A model generated the notes under the pieces. The model did no database searches. It worked only from the letters and a program-made list of their open reading frames with translations, and had not been told where the DNA came from. Of a stretch of DNA of 64,000 bases, positions 9,745 through 22,090 are shown one piece after another. The translations under genes were made by a program, and so were the position numbers. Location: positions 21,626,276 through 21,690,275 of the forward strand of contig NC_052147.1 of NCBI RefSeq assembly GCF_902713615.1. The letters run 5' to 3'. The stretch is from Scyliorhinus canicula. Lineage: Eukaryota. Position 1 is the stretch's first letter. Every line of letters starts with the position of its first letter.

Positions 9745-10353
9745 ACCCCCAGAATTGTTGACCGCCGTTTATCTGGTGGCAGCAGGATTCCCGCCATGCC
9801 GGTTGATTGCCCTTGACAGCGGCCCCCCTGGCAATTTTCCGGTCCCTGATGGGCCGAGCGGCAGTCCATTTTTGGCCAGGCCCGCCGGCGTGAATCACTC
9901 AACTCAGGCACCGGCCGGACCTGGCAGGTGAGTATGCTTGTGCGGTCCTCGGGGGGGGGGGGGGGGGGGGGGGCTCCCACGGTGGCCTGGCCCACGATCG
10001 GGGCCCAACGATCTGCGGGCAGGTTTGTTCCGAGGGGACACTTCTTCCTTCTGCGCCGGGCCCCTATAGGGCTCCGCTGTATTCTCTGGCACGGAGAAGA
10101 GAACCCCCCGTGCATGCGCGAGAATACGCCGGCCTGTCTACCCATGAGCGGAATCACGCCGGCCGTTCCGCGTATGCGCGAACTCACGCCATCCTTTCGG
10201 TGCCGGCTGGAGCACCGCCAACCCCACCGGCGTCAGCCTAGTCCTCTAGAAAGGTGAGACTTCCTCACATTTGGGGGCTGTTGATGCCAGAGTCGTCGGC
10301 GCAGGTTTTCTCGCCGGCGTGGGGACTTAGTCCCCAGAAGGGAGGATCCCGGC
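9745..10353. mobile_element. GC/CpG-rich non-autonomous DNA transposon (Harbinger-like), left end lost
   Basis: Right terminus GGAGGATCCCGGCCC; internal G23 run; composition like 33607-34286. Confidence 0.65.
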
Positions 10354-10399
10354 CCTTGTCTCTGGACTGATTATGATTGCAGACTGATTCTGTTGTCCA

Positions 10400-12215
10400 G
10401 CATTTTTTGTTGGGAAACTAGTAGTATGGTGACTGAACGGCTGATCAGTGGGAACCGGCATAGATTTGTATAAATGGATCTTACACCGAAACCTAATTAG
10501 CTTTTGTTTTGAAGAGGTGACTAAAGTAGCGGACGGGAATTTTTTTGTTTTTGTTTTTTATATGAACCTCCAGAAGGCATTCAACAAAGTCTTTCAAATA
10601 AACTGTTAGATAAAGTTGAAGCTCATGGACCTGAGGGGAAATTATTGACCTGCTTTGAAAATTTGCTCAATGGCAGGAGACAGAATGCAGGGATAATAGG
10701 GAGGGACTGCAATTGTCAGGTCTCCCACATTGATCAGTGTTAGGCCCTCAAGTATTTATTGTATTTATTAATGACTGAGAAAGCATGTTGTAACCATGAT
10801 CGGCCTACAGGGAGGTCCTCTCTCTGCTCATTCCTCTTCTCCTTGCGGTGATACGCCTCCCTCTTCAGTTGTTTGTGGAAGCCTTCCGTTTTGACATTCA
10901 ATGAACAATATTACTCCGGGAAAGAGTACAGGAGCTGGCTTCCCATTGCTTCCCTCATGTGTGCTTAAAGGAAGAACAAGGCCACATCCCAAAGGATTCT
11001 ACTCCTGTGAGCAACCGTTATTCCTCGAAGTTCAATAGCACCTCCGCCATCATCATCCAAAATTTGCTTGTTCTGCCATTCGCCATGGCTCATGACCCTG
11101 AGCATGGCACCCTTACCTGGGCATGGGGTGACTTGCAAAAGGGGTAACCATTTCTTGAAATCTCAAATGGCCCAGCTGGCATGACATAACATGATATAGA
11201 ACCACGTTTGCCATTGACACAAAGATGGGCTTCACCGTTAAACAGTGTGGATGGAAGGTTCAGTCTTCAAAGAGATATTGATAGATAAAGTGATTGGGCA
11301 GAACAATGGGAAATGGATTTCAATGCATGTAAATGTGAGGTCATTCACTCTGGATCTAAAAAAGCTAAAACAGAATATTTTCTCAAAATGGTAAAAGGTT
11401 GGAAACACTGAAAGATCAAAAATACTTAGGGTTCAGGAGCGGAGACCATTAAAATGTCGCACACAGCAAAAAAGCTAATGGGAGTTTCATCTTTCTATCT
11501 ACAGAACTAGGATACAAGGCGTTAGAAGTTGCACTGCTATTTTACAAAGCACTAGTTAGACTACATCAGGCTTATTTTATTCAGTTCTGAGCACAGGTCT
11601 GAGGGGCGAGATTTTCTGGTCACACCCACCTTGAGACCAGAAATCCTGCTCGAGGTCACCGGATCATTAAACGATCCCACCCGCGCTGATTCCCGTGGTG
11701 GGCAGGAAGAGAATATTTACCCCAGGGAAGTACACATTGGCTTTGGAGGGACTGCAGCATATTTTTCTTAGAAAAATCTCTCAGGGCTCGAAGGGCTAAA
11801 CCTCAAAGAGAAATTACTCAAACTAGAGTTGTGTTCCATGGAAATTAGATTTGGGGGCAATTTGATTGCAGTTTTCAAGATATTAAGGGGAGCAGGTGGA
11901 GTAGATAGAATTTATTTCTGTTGATTGGGGAATCTAGGACTTGGGGCAGAGCCAAAATTAGAGCTAGATTTATCAGGGAATTGAAATTGGGAAACACTTT
12001 TGTGAACAAGAGGTGGTAGATGCTTGGAACTGCCTTCTACAAATGGCAGTCAATGTGAGTCCATAGTTCATTTCAAATCCATGATTTGTAGATTTTTGTT
12101 AACTGTTAGTTTTTAAGGCATACGTTGCAGATGTGTAGATGATTTCAGTCACATATCAGATCTCATTGGGTGATGGAACAGGTTTGACGGGTTAAATGGC
12201 CGACTCTCGTTCCAA
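10400..12215 (+). mobile_element. Decayed CR1 LINE (RT to 3' tail), interrupted
   Basis: FEEVTK..YMNLQKAFNKV..KVEAHG, later DWAEQWEMDFNACKCEVIHSG and YKALVRLH, and a CR1 tail. Insertions at ~10785-11191 and a MITE at ~11602-11725. Confidence 0.8.
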
Positions 12216-12333
12216 TACCTTGCTTCTTATGGTCCATATTCTGAATTGCAAAGTCAACATGGAGTAACTTTTGCTGTGATCATGTTGGCAATCATTGTTT
12301 GATTTTGCCTCCGTATTACCAGGCTGTGATGCA

Positions 12334-12846
12334 GCATCCTATCGGGCTGCATCACAGCCTGATATGGCAACTGCTCGGCCCAGGACTGCAAGAAACTTCA
12401 GAGAGTCGTGAACACCGCCCAGTCCATCACACGAACCTGCCTCCCATCCATTGACTCCTACACCTGCCGCTGCCTGGGGAAAGCGGGCAGCATAATCAAA
12501 AATCCCTCCCACCCGGCTTACTCACTCTTCCAACTTCTTCCATCGGGCAGGAGATACAGAAGTCTGAGAACACTCACAAACAGACTCAAAAACAGCTTCT
12601 ACCCCGTTGCCACCAGACTCCTAAATGACCCTCTTATGGACTGACCTCATCAACACTACGCCCTGTATGCTTCATCTGATGCCAGTTCTTATGTAGTTAC
12701 ATTGTATACCTTGTGTTGCCCTATTATGTATTTTCTTTTATTCCCTTTTCTTCCCATGTACTTAATGATCTGTTGAGCTGCTCACAGAAAAATACTTTTC
12801 ACTGTACCTCGGTAGACGTGACAATAAACAAATCCAATCCAATCCA
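12334..12846 (+). mobile_element. Rex1/Babar-type LINE 3' fragment
   Basis: SILSGCITA*YGNCSAQDCKKLQRVVNTAQSIT...SHPAYSLFQLLPSGRRYRSLRTLTNRLKNSFYP; 3' UTR ending GTGACAATAAACAAATCCAATCCAATCC. Confidence 0.88.
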
Positions 12847-13144
12847 TTATCTTGCTGACTATGGGATTGAGTTGAAAACATTTTCTCTCCCCCCTCACTG
12901 TTCCACACAGGGCCACCATTTGACCCCTTGCCTACCCTTGGCAAGGGAACCCGCACACCAATTGGTGGACTGCTCTTCTGCTACTCCCTGGGATGTCTGC
13001 TGATAAAGCTCATGTTGATGTGGATTCCTCTCTCCGTTCCAGTGGAAGTAGAAGTCCGCAAAGAGTCCAGAAAGCAGATGTGGCACAGAGGCAGATTCAG
13101 AAGGTTAATCGCAAAAAAAACTGGTTGGAGCACTGCTTAGCGCT

Positions 13145-13790
13145 GGGGCTGCCGATTTCAGCAGGCGGCAGAATCATAAACTCTACCGGCAGGCCCCTTT
13201 CGCTTCCAATGCAAATTCTGCCCCCACCCGGCAGACCCCCATTTTCCCCTCCCATCAGCAGCCCCATCAACACCCGCCGCACTCCCCCCATCCCCTCCAT
13301 CAGCCACCCCTCCAGTCCACTGCCAATGGTGCATTGCACTTTTGCACCTACACCCGAACAGGGAATCCCGCACCTGACGTGGTGGACCCCACGGGGGAGC
13401 CAAGGGGGTCAGGGCACTAATAGGTTGTCCCTCTACTGCTGCCAGGCTGCAAAGGAGGGGGGATGTCCAACAAGGTCCCTGGGGGTTGATTGGGTTCAGG
13501 TTGCGGATTCGGGCCTGACCCCAGGCGCGCACCCTGGGATGGGGGGAGGGGAGGGGGGGGGGGGGGGGAGGGGGTCCCATGCCTGGTCTGCCCCTTCCAA
13601 ACCTGGACAATCTGAGGATCTCATGCTGTCCTCTGGCGAACAGCAACCTCCTGGTCTGAGGTTTTTAATTTAGACGTGGCCTCCTCAGTCTGAACTGATC
13701 TGCCTGACAGCTGATGGGCCCTCCAGGCAGTCCAGCGAAGAATCAAAGCAGATTTTCCAAACCTGATCCCTCAAGCCTTTAAGACAACAG
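13145..13790. mobile_element. GC-rich non-autonomous DNA-transposon-like remnant
   Basis: GC-rich block with C- and G-runs and a GGCAGAAT..CGGCAGG-like end, resembling other Harbinger-derived blocks. ORFs across it have no recognisable motif. Confidence 0.4.
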
Positions 13791-14479
13791 CTGTTACAAG
13801 TGTCAGAGGCTTCTTCGAAAGCCCACAACACTTGAACAGGCTTCAATTTTTAAAATCAATTATCTGCTTCTTGCTTTGTCTGTGTGTTGCATGGCTGACA
13901 CCTTTCGGACCTTTGTTGACTTATCTACCAAACATTCTCCAGACTGATTTATCAGGCCCTCGGTTTTGGACAATAATGGTAATAAAAGAAGTGAGTTTAG
14001 ATCTAGCGTATGGCTTCCATAAAACAAAAACTTCAGTCTCTATGAAGTGTGATCTCAGTTGTCTACGTTTTCATGTCCTTTACTGGTTGAGCTCCATAAG
14101 TGAATGTTTGTTTGCGCAGGTTGGCTGCCGTATTTATGCTTCTTGGTGTGATGAAGTTGAATAATTTGAATCAGCACCTCAATGGATTTCTTTTAACTTT
14201 CTGCCAGAAGTTAAGCAACGAAAGGTTGTACTTCGTATCAGCAGCTTGGCAGTAAGTATATGCATCTGGTACCAAATAAATGCCTAAGGGGATAGTGATA
14301 TTGCTACTTTCTTATTGAAGCAAAAGCGGTTTCAGGTGTGCAAAGAATTGGAAATGGCAGTAAAATCAGAGTCACGTTGCATCAATAATTTGCTTTCCCA
14401 GTACGCTAACTTGAAAAAATGTGATCCCACCACTAGTAAAGTTTCAACTCTTCAAGTTCATAACAGAAGCAATTTAAAT

Positions 14480-14710
14480 GGGGCAGCACTGTGGCACAGT
14501 GGTTAGCATTGCTGCCTCATGGCACCGAGGGCCCAGGTTCAATCCCAGCCCTGGGTCGTTGTCTGTGTGGAGTTTGCACATTCTCCCCATGTCTGCATCG
14601 GTCTCATCACCCCAAACCAAAGATGGACAGTGTAGGTGAATACGCCACGCTAAATTACCCCTTAATTGGAAAAGAATAATGACTGGGTGCTTTAATTTAA
14701 TTTTTTCAAA
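14480..14710 (+). mobile_element. HE1-type SINE, short-tail variant (tail Z)
   Basis: HE1 head, shortened V-domain, ends CCCTTAATTGGAAAAG...GGGTGCTTTAATTT. Confidence 0.85.
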
Positions 14711-14734
14711 AAGCAATATATACGTACATTTGAA

Positions 14735-15140
14735 CAAACTAATTAGGAGCAGGAGTCAACCTCGCGGCCCCTCGAATCTTCTCCACCATCAATAAGGTCA
14801 TGGCTGATTTGACCTTAACCCTAACCCCATGTTCCTGCATACCCCATAACCGTTCGCCCCTTGTTAATCAAGAATCTGTCTAGCTCTGCCTTAAAAATAT
14901 TTCAAGACTCTGCTACCACTGCCTTTTGAGAAAACAAATTCTCCAGACTCAGGACCCTCTGAGAGGAAAAGTTTCCCTCATCTCCGTCTTAAATGGGTGA
15001 CCCCTTATTTTTAAACAGTAATCCCCTTGTTCTAAATTCTCTGAAAAGAGGAAACAGCCTCTCCACATCCACCCTCTCAATACCCCTCAGGATCTTAAAG
15101 ATTTTGAGCAAGTCACCTCTTTGCTCTTCTAAACTCTAGT
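14735..15140 (-). mobile_element. CR1 LINE 3' end
   Basis: TAGGAGCAGGAGT...GGCTGAT tail and reverse-complement RGHPFK...FSQRV C-terminal motifs. Confidence 0.8.
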
Positions 15141-15174
15141 GAATTCTCTAGTTTTTTAAAAAATTAATTTTTTA

Positions 15175-16445
15175 AGGGATTTGGGCTTCGTTGGCCAGGC
15201 CAGCATTTGTTTCCCCATCTCTAATTGCCGTTGCCAAGGTGATGGGGTGAGCTGCCTTTTTGAACCACTGCAGTCCCTGAAGTGTAGACACGTACCGTTA
15301 TTCGAGGGGCAGTTCAGGATTTTGACCAAGCGGCAGAGAAGCAACGGCAAAATATTTCCAATTCAAGATGGTGAGTGGGTTGAAGGGAAACACCCAGGTG
15401 GTGGGCTACCCAGGTATCTGCTGCCCTTGCCCTTCCAGATGGTAGTTATCGTGGGTTTGGAAGGTGCTGCCTAAGGAGCCTTGATGAGTTCTTGCTGTGC
15501 ATCTTGTAGATGGTACACATTGGTGCGACTGTGCGTCAGTGGTGCAGGGAGTGAATGTTTGTGGATGGGGCGTCAATCAAGTCGACTGTTTTGTCCTAGT
15601 GGAGCTTCCTGAGTGTTGTTGGAGCTGCACTCATCCAGGAAAGTGGGAAGTATTCCATCACACTCCTGACTTGTGCCTGGTAGGCCGTGGACAGGCTTTG
15701 GGGAGTCTGGAGGTGAGTTACTTGCTGCAGGATTCCTAGCCTCTGACCTGCTCTTGTAGCCACAGTATTTATATGGCTAGAAGATTCTCTCTTCTTGGAG
15801 CTAGTCATTGCCTGGCACTTGTCTGCTGCGAATGTTACTTGCCACTTGTCAGCCCGAGCCTGGATATTGTCCACGTCTTGCTGCATTTGCATGTGGACTG
15901 CTTCAGTGCCTGAGGAGTGGCGAATGGTGCTGAACACTGCAATCACTGGCGAACATCCCCACATCTGACCTTATGTTGCAAGGAAGGTATTGATGGAGCA
16001 GCTGAAGATTTTTTTTCATTTTTCCAATTAAGTGGCAATTTAGCGTGGCCAGTCCACCTACCCTGCACATCTTTGGGTAGTGGGGATGAGACCCATGCAG
16101 ACACGGGGAGAATGTGCAAACTCCACACGGACAGTGACCCAGGGCCAAGATCGAACCCAGATATTCAGTGCCGTGAGGCAGCAGTGCTAACCATTGTGCC
16201 ACCATACCACCCAGTGCAGCTGAATATGGTTGGTCCTTGGGCACTTTCCTGAGGAACTCCTGCAGTGAAGTCCTGGGACTGAGATGACTGACCTCTAACC
16301 ACCACAGCCATCCTCCATTGTGCTTGGAATGACTCCAACTAGTGGAGAGTTTCCCCCCTTATTCCCATTGATTCCAGTTTAGCTAGGGCCCCTTGATGTC
16401 ATACACGATCAAATGTTGATGTCAAGGGCAGTCACTCTCACCTCA
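15175..16445 (-). mobile_element. Older CR1/L2-group LINE RT-to-3' fragment
   Basis: ORF 15596-15964: NIQARADKWQVTFAADKCQAM...YQAQVRSVMEYFPLSWMSAAPTTLRKL. Interrupted by a SINE at 16010-16212. Confidence 0.8.
16010..16212 (-). mobile_element. HE1-type SINE, short-tail variant
   Basis: Reverse complement of the 14480 type. Confidence 0.85.
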
Positions 16446-17140
16446 TAACGACCTGAATTTATGTAGTGCCTTTAGCATAGTAAAATATCGCAATGTGCTT
16501 CACATGACTTTTTTCAAACAATACTTGACATGCACTGAACTCCATATTAGGATGGAAAGTGTGACATACCAGCCAAAGATCTGTTGACCTTGGGTGGGAA
16601 TTTCCAGTCCTGCCTGAAAACCCAAGCCTCGATTGAATAGGTACATTTTATGGGTCACATTCATGAATGAGAAAGAGTTAGAAAGGCAGCGAGGTTGAGG
16701 AAATGACAGAGCTCAGAGCCTGTGTAGCTAACTCAGAGACTGCCAGATAGGCTCCAATATCAATGAGCTCAGCATAGTTTGTCGCATAACCTGTGTCTTC
16801 TGACTGAGCCGTGCACTCAGTCACTCAGCCACTTTCGAGTCTCTTTACTCTAGATCACTGCCCCATAAACAATGCCCATTTAATCAAATAGTTTCATAAA
16901 AATCAGGAAGTGAGCTTGTAATGTCGAATGATCCGGCAGATTTGATTTTCAGTGCTATTAAAATGAGGATGGCGAGAAAAAAAAGAGCTACAGATAACTT
17001 TACATTCATTTGACAACATTTACTTGACAGGGCATGAACAGCCAAAAAGGATGTGATTTAAAAGTCTTAATTCTGATAGGTTTACACAGTTATGAAACGG
17101 TTACTGAATTTCAATCTTATTATTTTCCAGATGACTGGAC

Positions 17141-17312
17141 TGGCCGGAATTCTTCGGTCGTTGTGACTCCATATTCCCGCCGGCCGCGCAGCCCCGCCAG
17201 TGGGTTTCGCAGCGGTGTGGGGTGGTTATAACGGGAAATCGCAGATAGAATCCCGCCACAAGCGCACGGCTCGCGCCCGGGAACCGCGCGGCCGACAGAC
17301 TGGAGAACCCCG
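17141..17312. mobile_element. CpG-rich MITE
   Basis: Termini GGCCGGAATTCT ... GGAGAACCCCGC in AT-rich flanks. Confidence 0.7.
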
Positions 17313-17768
17313 CTCAGTATCCCGATTATGCCGTGAATATCATCCAACCCCCCCAGCAAAATCGTGCTTTTTATGAAAGTGTGCAAAAAAGAACAGTCCA
17401 ATCTTCATTTAATGCATTCCCTGTGTGCTAAAAGCAGTTTCACTCCCTACGTCTATAGTGGAATGTGACTAAAAGTTCTTTTTAACATTTATTCTACGGG
17501 GAGATAGCATGACAAATGCAACGCTATTACAGTACATCACGACAGACTGTAATATATTTGTTTTTACTATCTCCATCTAGTTCATCTGCTCTGTACTCAC
17601 CTATAAATGACAGAGAGTCTCAGAATCTAACTGCATACCTGAGCAATATGCAAAATGCCCCTTATCCATCACTTATTGCACTTGTATCATGCACAGGTCA
17701 TTGATCTGCAAACTCTCGGGTGATTTGGGGAAGCTGAGAGGTTTAAAAGTGAAAATAATTTTTATGTT

Positions 17769-18123
17769 GGGGCGGCACGGTGGTACTGTAGTTAGCACTG
17801 CTGCTTCACAGTGCCAGGGTCCTGGGTTCAATTCCGACGTTGGGTGACTGTCTTTATGGAGTTTGCAGGCTCTTCCCATGTCTGTGTGGGTTTCCTCCGG
17901 ATGCTCCGTTTTCCTCCCACAGTCCAAAGATGTGCAGGTTAGGTGGATTGGCCATGCTAAATTTCCCCTTAGTGTCCAGTAAAGGGATGACAGTGCAGGT
18001 TAGATGAGGTTACAAGGATAGGGTGGGGGAAGTGGGCAGAGGTAGGATACTCTTTCAGAGGGTCAGTGCGGACTTAATGGGCCAAATGGCCTTCTTTGGC
18101 ACTTGAGGGATTCTATGGATTCT
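17769..18123 (+). mobile_element. HE1-type V-SINE, full length
   Basis: Head, V-domain and CR1-like tail ending GGATTCTATG. Confidence 0.9.
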
Positions 18124-18285
18124 GACATTGAACTTGCACCTATACAGTACCAAGTTCCCTCTCTATTATTTCAATGGACATACTGAGCTATTTCAAATAT
18201 ACCAACAAGGAAGCAGGGAATTCAGGCCAACCAGTCCATGTTGGGGTTCAACCTCTGCACGAGGTTCTATTCATATTTATTTGCA

Positions 18286-18500
18286 GGGGCTGGTTTAGCT
18301 AAGTGGGCTATACAGCTGGTTTGTGATGCAGAACAAGGCCAGCAGCGCGGGGTCAATTGCCATACCAGCTGAGAATTCTGAATCCTCCCTTCAACAGGTG
18401 CCAGAATGTAACGAATAGGGGCTTTTCACAGTATCTTCATTGCAGAGTTAATGTGAGCCTACTTGTGACAATAAAGATTGATTATTTATTTATTATTATT
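18286..18500 (+). mobile_element. Short tRNA-derived SINE (head B + tail Y)
   Basis: GGGGCTGGTTTAGCTAAGTGGGCTA head; tail ...CCTACTTGTGACAATAAAGATT(ATT)n. Confidence 0.8.
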
Positions 18501-18944
18501 TTATTTAACCGTCCTACTCCCATATTCCTTCAATCCCTTTGAGGGATTTGAATTTAATCTTTTCTGCCTTGGTCTTGCAAGGGGTTTTAAGCGAAAATTG
18601 AAGTTGAACCATTTTTATTCTTAATAATTTAAAAGAAAAATTTATCCACGGTTTCCCTGGTGCCCGATACATCTGGCACTTATAGGAAGCAGGAAACAGT
18701 GGAAGAAACTATTCAGTCTTAACAACTCACTCCTCATTAAGTGCTTATTTTTGTTGACCAAGAGGAGCACGTAAAAATGGCACACTGGACCTTGTCCACC
18801 TGATTTAACCCTAGGTCACAACTGCGTAGGTGAAAGCAAAAGTTCAGCCAGATGTGGGGAGGGGCTGTAGGGGGTGGGGGTTGGGTGGGGTGAGTGGTGG
18901 GGTGTTGGTTCCATTCAGGCTCTTTCCAGCGATGAGATCAAATC

Positions 18945-19307
18945 AGGTATATAAGATGATAAAAGGTACGGATAAAGTAGACGTGCAGTGGATGCTTCCT
19001 CGTGTGGGGCATTCTAAAACAAGAGGTCATAATCTCAGGATAAAGCGAGAAAGTTTAAACATAGACGAGGAGGAACTACTTCTCCCAAAGGGTCGTGAAT
19101 CTGTGGAATTCGCTACCCCACAATGCGGTGGATCCTGGGACAGTGAGAAAGTTTAAGGAGGAGTTAGACAGATTTTTAATTGATAATGAGTTGAAGGGTT
19201 ATGGAGAATGGGTGGGTTGGTGGAGATGAGGCCATGATGAGATCAGCCATGATCGTATTGAATGGTGATAGAATTGCCTGCTCCCGTTCCTAGTCCTTAT
19301 GTTCTAT
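18945..19307 (+). mobile_element. CR1 LINE 3' end
   Basis: VYKMIKGTDKVD...TRGHNLRI, then GATCAGCCATGATC...CCTATGTTCTATG-like tail. Confidence 0.85.
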
Positions 19308-19788
19308 GAAAGCACTATTCTGTCTCATTCCACCTTCCAGCTCTTCGTCTGTAGTCCTGTAGGTAACAGAACCCACCTCAAGCACAAATCTGGTGTTCTT
19401 GATTAATAAGGGGATCGGGATGGAGGCAGGAGAATGGGGATGAGGAACATATCAGCCATGATCGAAAGGCAGAGCAGGCTCGATGGGGCGAATGGCCAAA
19501 TTCTGCTCCTATATCTTGAGGTCAATGTCAAATTGTACCTCCTTTCTCTCTGTGCCCTTTCATTTATTAGCCACTGTTGTAACCTATGAAACCCAGAAGT
19601 CAATTTGCACACAGCAAAGGTCTTGCAAACAGCAATGAGATAAATGACCAGATCATCCCTTTTTTGTCAGAATCACAGAATGGTTATAGGAGACTATTTG
19701 GCCCACGGCATTCATGCTGACTCTCCGCAAGAGATTGAAGGATAAACATTGTCCAAGGTGCTGGAGAATTGCCCTGTTCTTGAATCTT

Positions 19789-20103
19789 ACATAGAACATA
19801 GAACATACAGTGCAGATGGAGGCCATTTGGCCCATCGAGTCTGCCCGACCCACTTAAACCCTCACTTCCACCCTATCCCCGTAACCCAATAACCCCTCCT
19901 AACCGTTTTTGGTTACTAAGGGCAATTTATCATGGCCAACCCACCTAACCTGCGCGTCTTTCGACTGCGGGAGGAACCGGAGGAAACCCACGCAGACATG
20001 GGAGAACGTGCAGACTCCGCACAGACAGTGACCCAGCGGGGAATCGAACCTGGGTCCCTGGCGCCGTGAAGCCACAGTGCTAATCACTTGTGCTACCGTG
20101 CTG
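19789..20103 (-). mobile_element. HE1-type V-SINE, full length
   Basis: (CATAGAA)n tail, V-domain and head on the minus strand; flanked on the left by a DeuSINE-like remnant (~19570-19788). Confidence 0.9.
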
Positions 20104-20969
20104 TCCAATATTGTAGATCAAGTGGGCGTACGAAATGCTGACAACAAAGGCAGCAATGTTTCATTACCCTGCACCCAATGCCCTTGACCTTGATGAGTAC
20201 AAAACTTTGCGTTAAGAGAGAGAGACAAAGATGCGGAGACAAAGAGATGGAAAGAGACAATAACAGACAATGAGGAAAAAAGATGGATAATAAGAGAATG
20301 AAGTGAATGGCGACTGATCTCAAGTTTTTGATTACCGACACACCATAACTATAGCCTTTGTGTCAAAATATTCAAAAGGCAACACTGCACAACATCACTA
20401 TTAACATACCGTGGCCTGCTGACAAAACCTTTAATTAATTTAAACAAAAGCAAACCTCCAGTAATAAAAAAGAAAATTCATCAGCAGTTTGTCCCCTTTT
20501 GCCTTCCGCCCTTCGCTTCTAATCGCAAAAAAACAAATATCTCAGAAGAGACCTTTCAAAGGAAACCACAGATATTTATTTCAGGGGACTGGAATAATGG
20601 CAATGTTATGTAAGTTGAAGTTCTTCAATAATTTATCAGCAAAGTCTTTCAGTGAGTGACAGGATTTTTCTGTTCTGCTCGTACGTGGTCAGGTTCTGTC
20701 CAGTTGCATCTTTTCTGATGGACCGCTTCTGTTCAAAACAGCATAAAATATTTCATTAGCAAAATATTGTGAAATAATTTTACATGTAAGCTCTGAAATA
20801 TTTGGAACATTTAGAACATCAGGTGCAAATTACAATTTCATTTAACTCGAAGTGTGATGAGTTGCTGGGTTCCCACTCTGACTGTTATAGGTACTGACTA
20901 ACCTTTGTATTAAATATGAACAGTTTCAATGCCCTCTCTCTTGACGATCATTGTATGGCCTGATGCAGT

Positions 20970-21297
20970 TGTTGTCTCACTCGCCCCCACCGAGTGGTGC
21001 TCAAGGCGGACCTTTCACTTGTTCCCATCGTGAGGTTTTTCCTGGAATAGGTCTTCACTCGCCTGTCGACAGAGGTTTATAACTTGAGAGGCGTCAATCC
21101 ACACCAAGCATAGCTGACCAGGAGTGTCTCCCACTCTTACCACCTGTCATTGGCGTGTGTCGGAACATTGATACTCAAACCTGTTTGGCCGCGATTTGAA
21201 CACGCCTTCCTCAGCCAACAAGTCCTGCGGTGGGTCTCGAACCCAGAGCTCCTTGGCTCAGAGGTTGGGAGGCCACTTACTGTGCCACAAGACCTCC
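20970..21297 (-). mobile_element. Unclassified tRNA-derived SINE with 11-bp TSD
   Basis: Minus-strand head GGAGGTCTTGTGGCACAGTAAG (A box) ... GGGTTCGAGACCC (B box); ACAACA tail; flanked by CCTGATGCAGT at 20959-20969 and 21298-21308. Confidence 0.75.
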
Positions 21298-21569
21298 CCT
21301 GATGCAGTGCCAAGTGGCAGCTAAGGAACAGCCCTGGATGAATTGCTGCTGTTTGTAGAGTTGGGAGATCGAGGTGAAACCACAGCTAGGGCTAGTACGT
21401 TCCGCCTCGGCATTATTGAACTCAAGTCAGAGTGGGCAGGAGAGGGAATGATATCTGCCAGAATTCCATGTGGCTCCAGCTGGAAAGTGCATGAGGGAAA
21501 ATTATCCAGAAACAGTATCAGGTTTCAGATGGAGTCAATGCCCCAATGTTTGAGTAACTGTGATTAACC

Positions 21570-22090
21570 ATCAGCTTGGCTCAATTGGCAGCTTTTCTGT
21601 GCCTGAATCGGAAAGCTGTAAGTCCAAGGGACATGCATTCTTAAGACAAAATGCCACTTCCACATTGAGTGAGCGCAACAGCTTTTTCTTGAAGGTGCCA
21701 TTTTCCAGCAGAGATGTTAAACTGAGACGCTCCTTGTTTAGCCGACTGTCGAGACTCACGTGGTTCCAATCCTAAATCCCTCAACATGGCCTCATCCCCT
21801 CCCTCGTGCTGTAATCTCCTGCAGCCCTAAAACCCTCTTAGATATTTACACTCATCTTTGTGTGTTCCCAATTTGCTCCAACACTGGCAGCTGTGCCTTC
21901 AGTTGCCTGACACCTAAACTCAGGAATTCCCTCCCTAAATCCCTCCACCTCTTTCTTCCTCCAAGATGCACTTCAGAACCTCAGTCTTCAACCAGGTTTT
22001 TGGCCATTGGCCCTATTGTCAAATTGCACTTGCAAAATTCTTGGGATGTTTGGCTGGATCAAAGGTACGATATCAAAATAAACATTTGGA
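21570..22090 (+). mobile_element. Decayed DeuSINE/SacSINE1-like head (21570-21750) followed by an L2-type LINE 3' remnant
   Basis: GGCTCAATTGGCAGC...GAAGGTGCC...GATGTTAAACTGAG, then TAATCTCCTGCAGCCCT...GGCAGCTGTGCCTTCAG...GGAATTCCCTCCCTAAA. Confidence 0.55.

Noticed and set aside
12993-13673. 226-aa ORF
   Set aside because: Mostly spans a GC-rich repeat with homopolymer runs; no recognisable domain.
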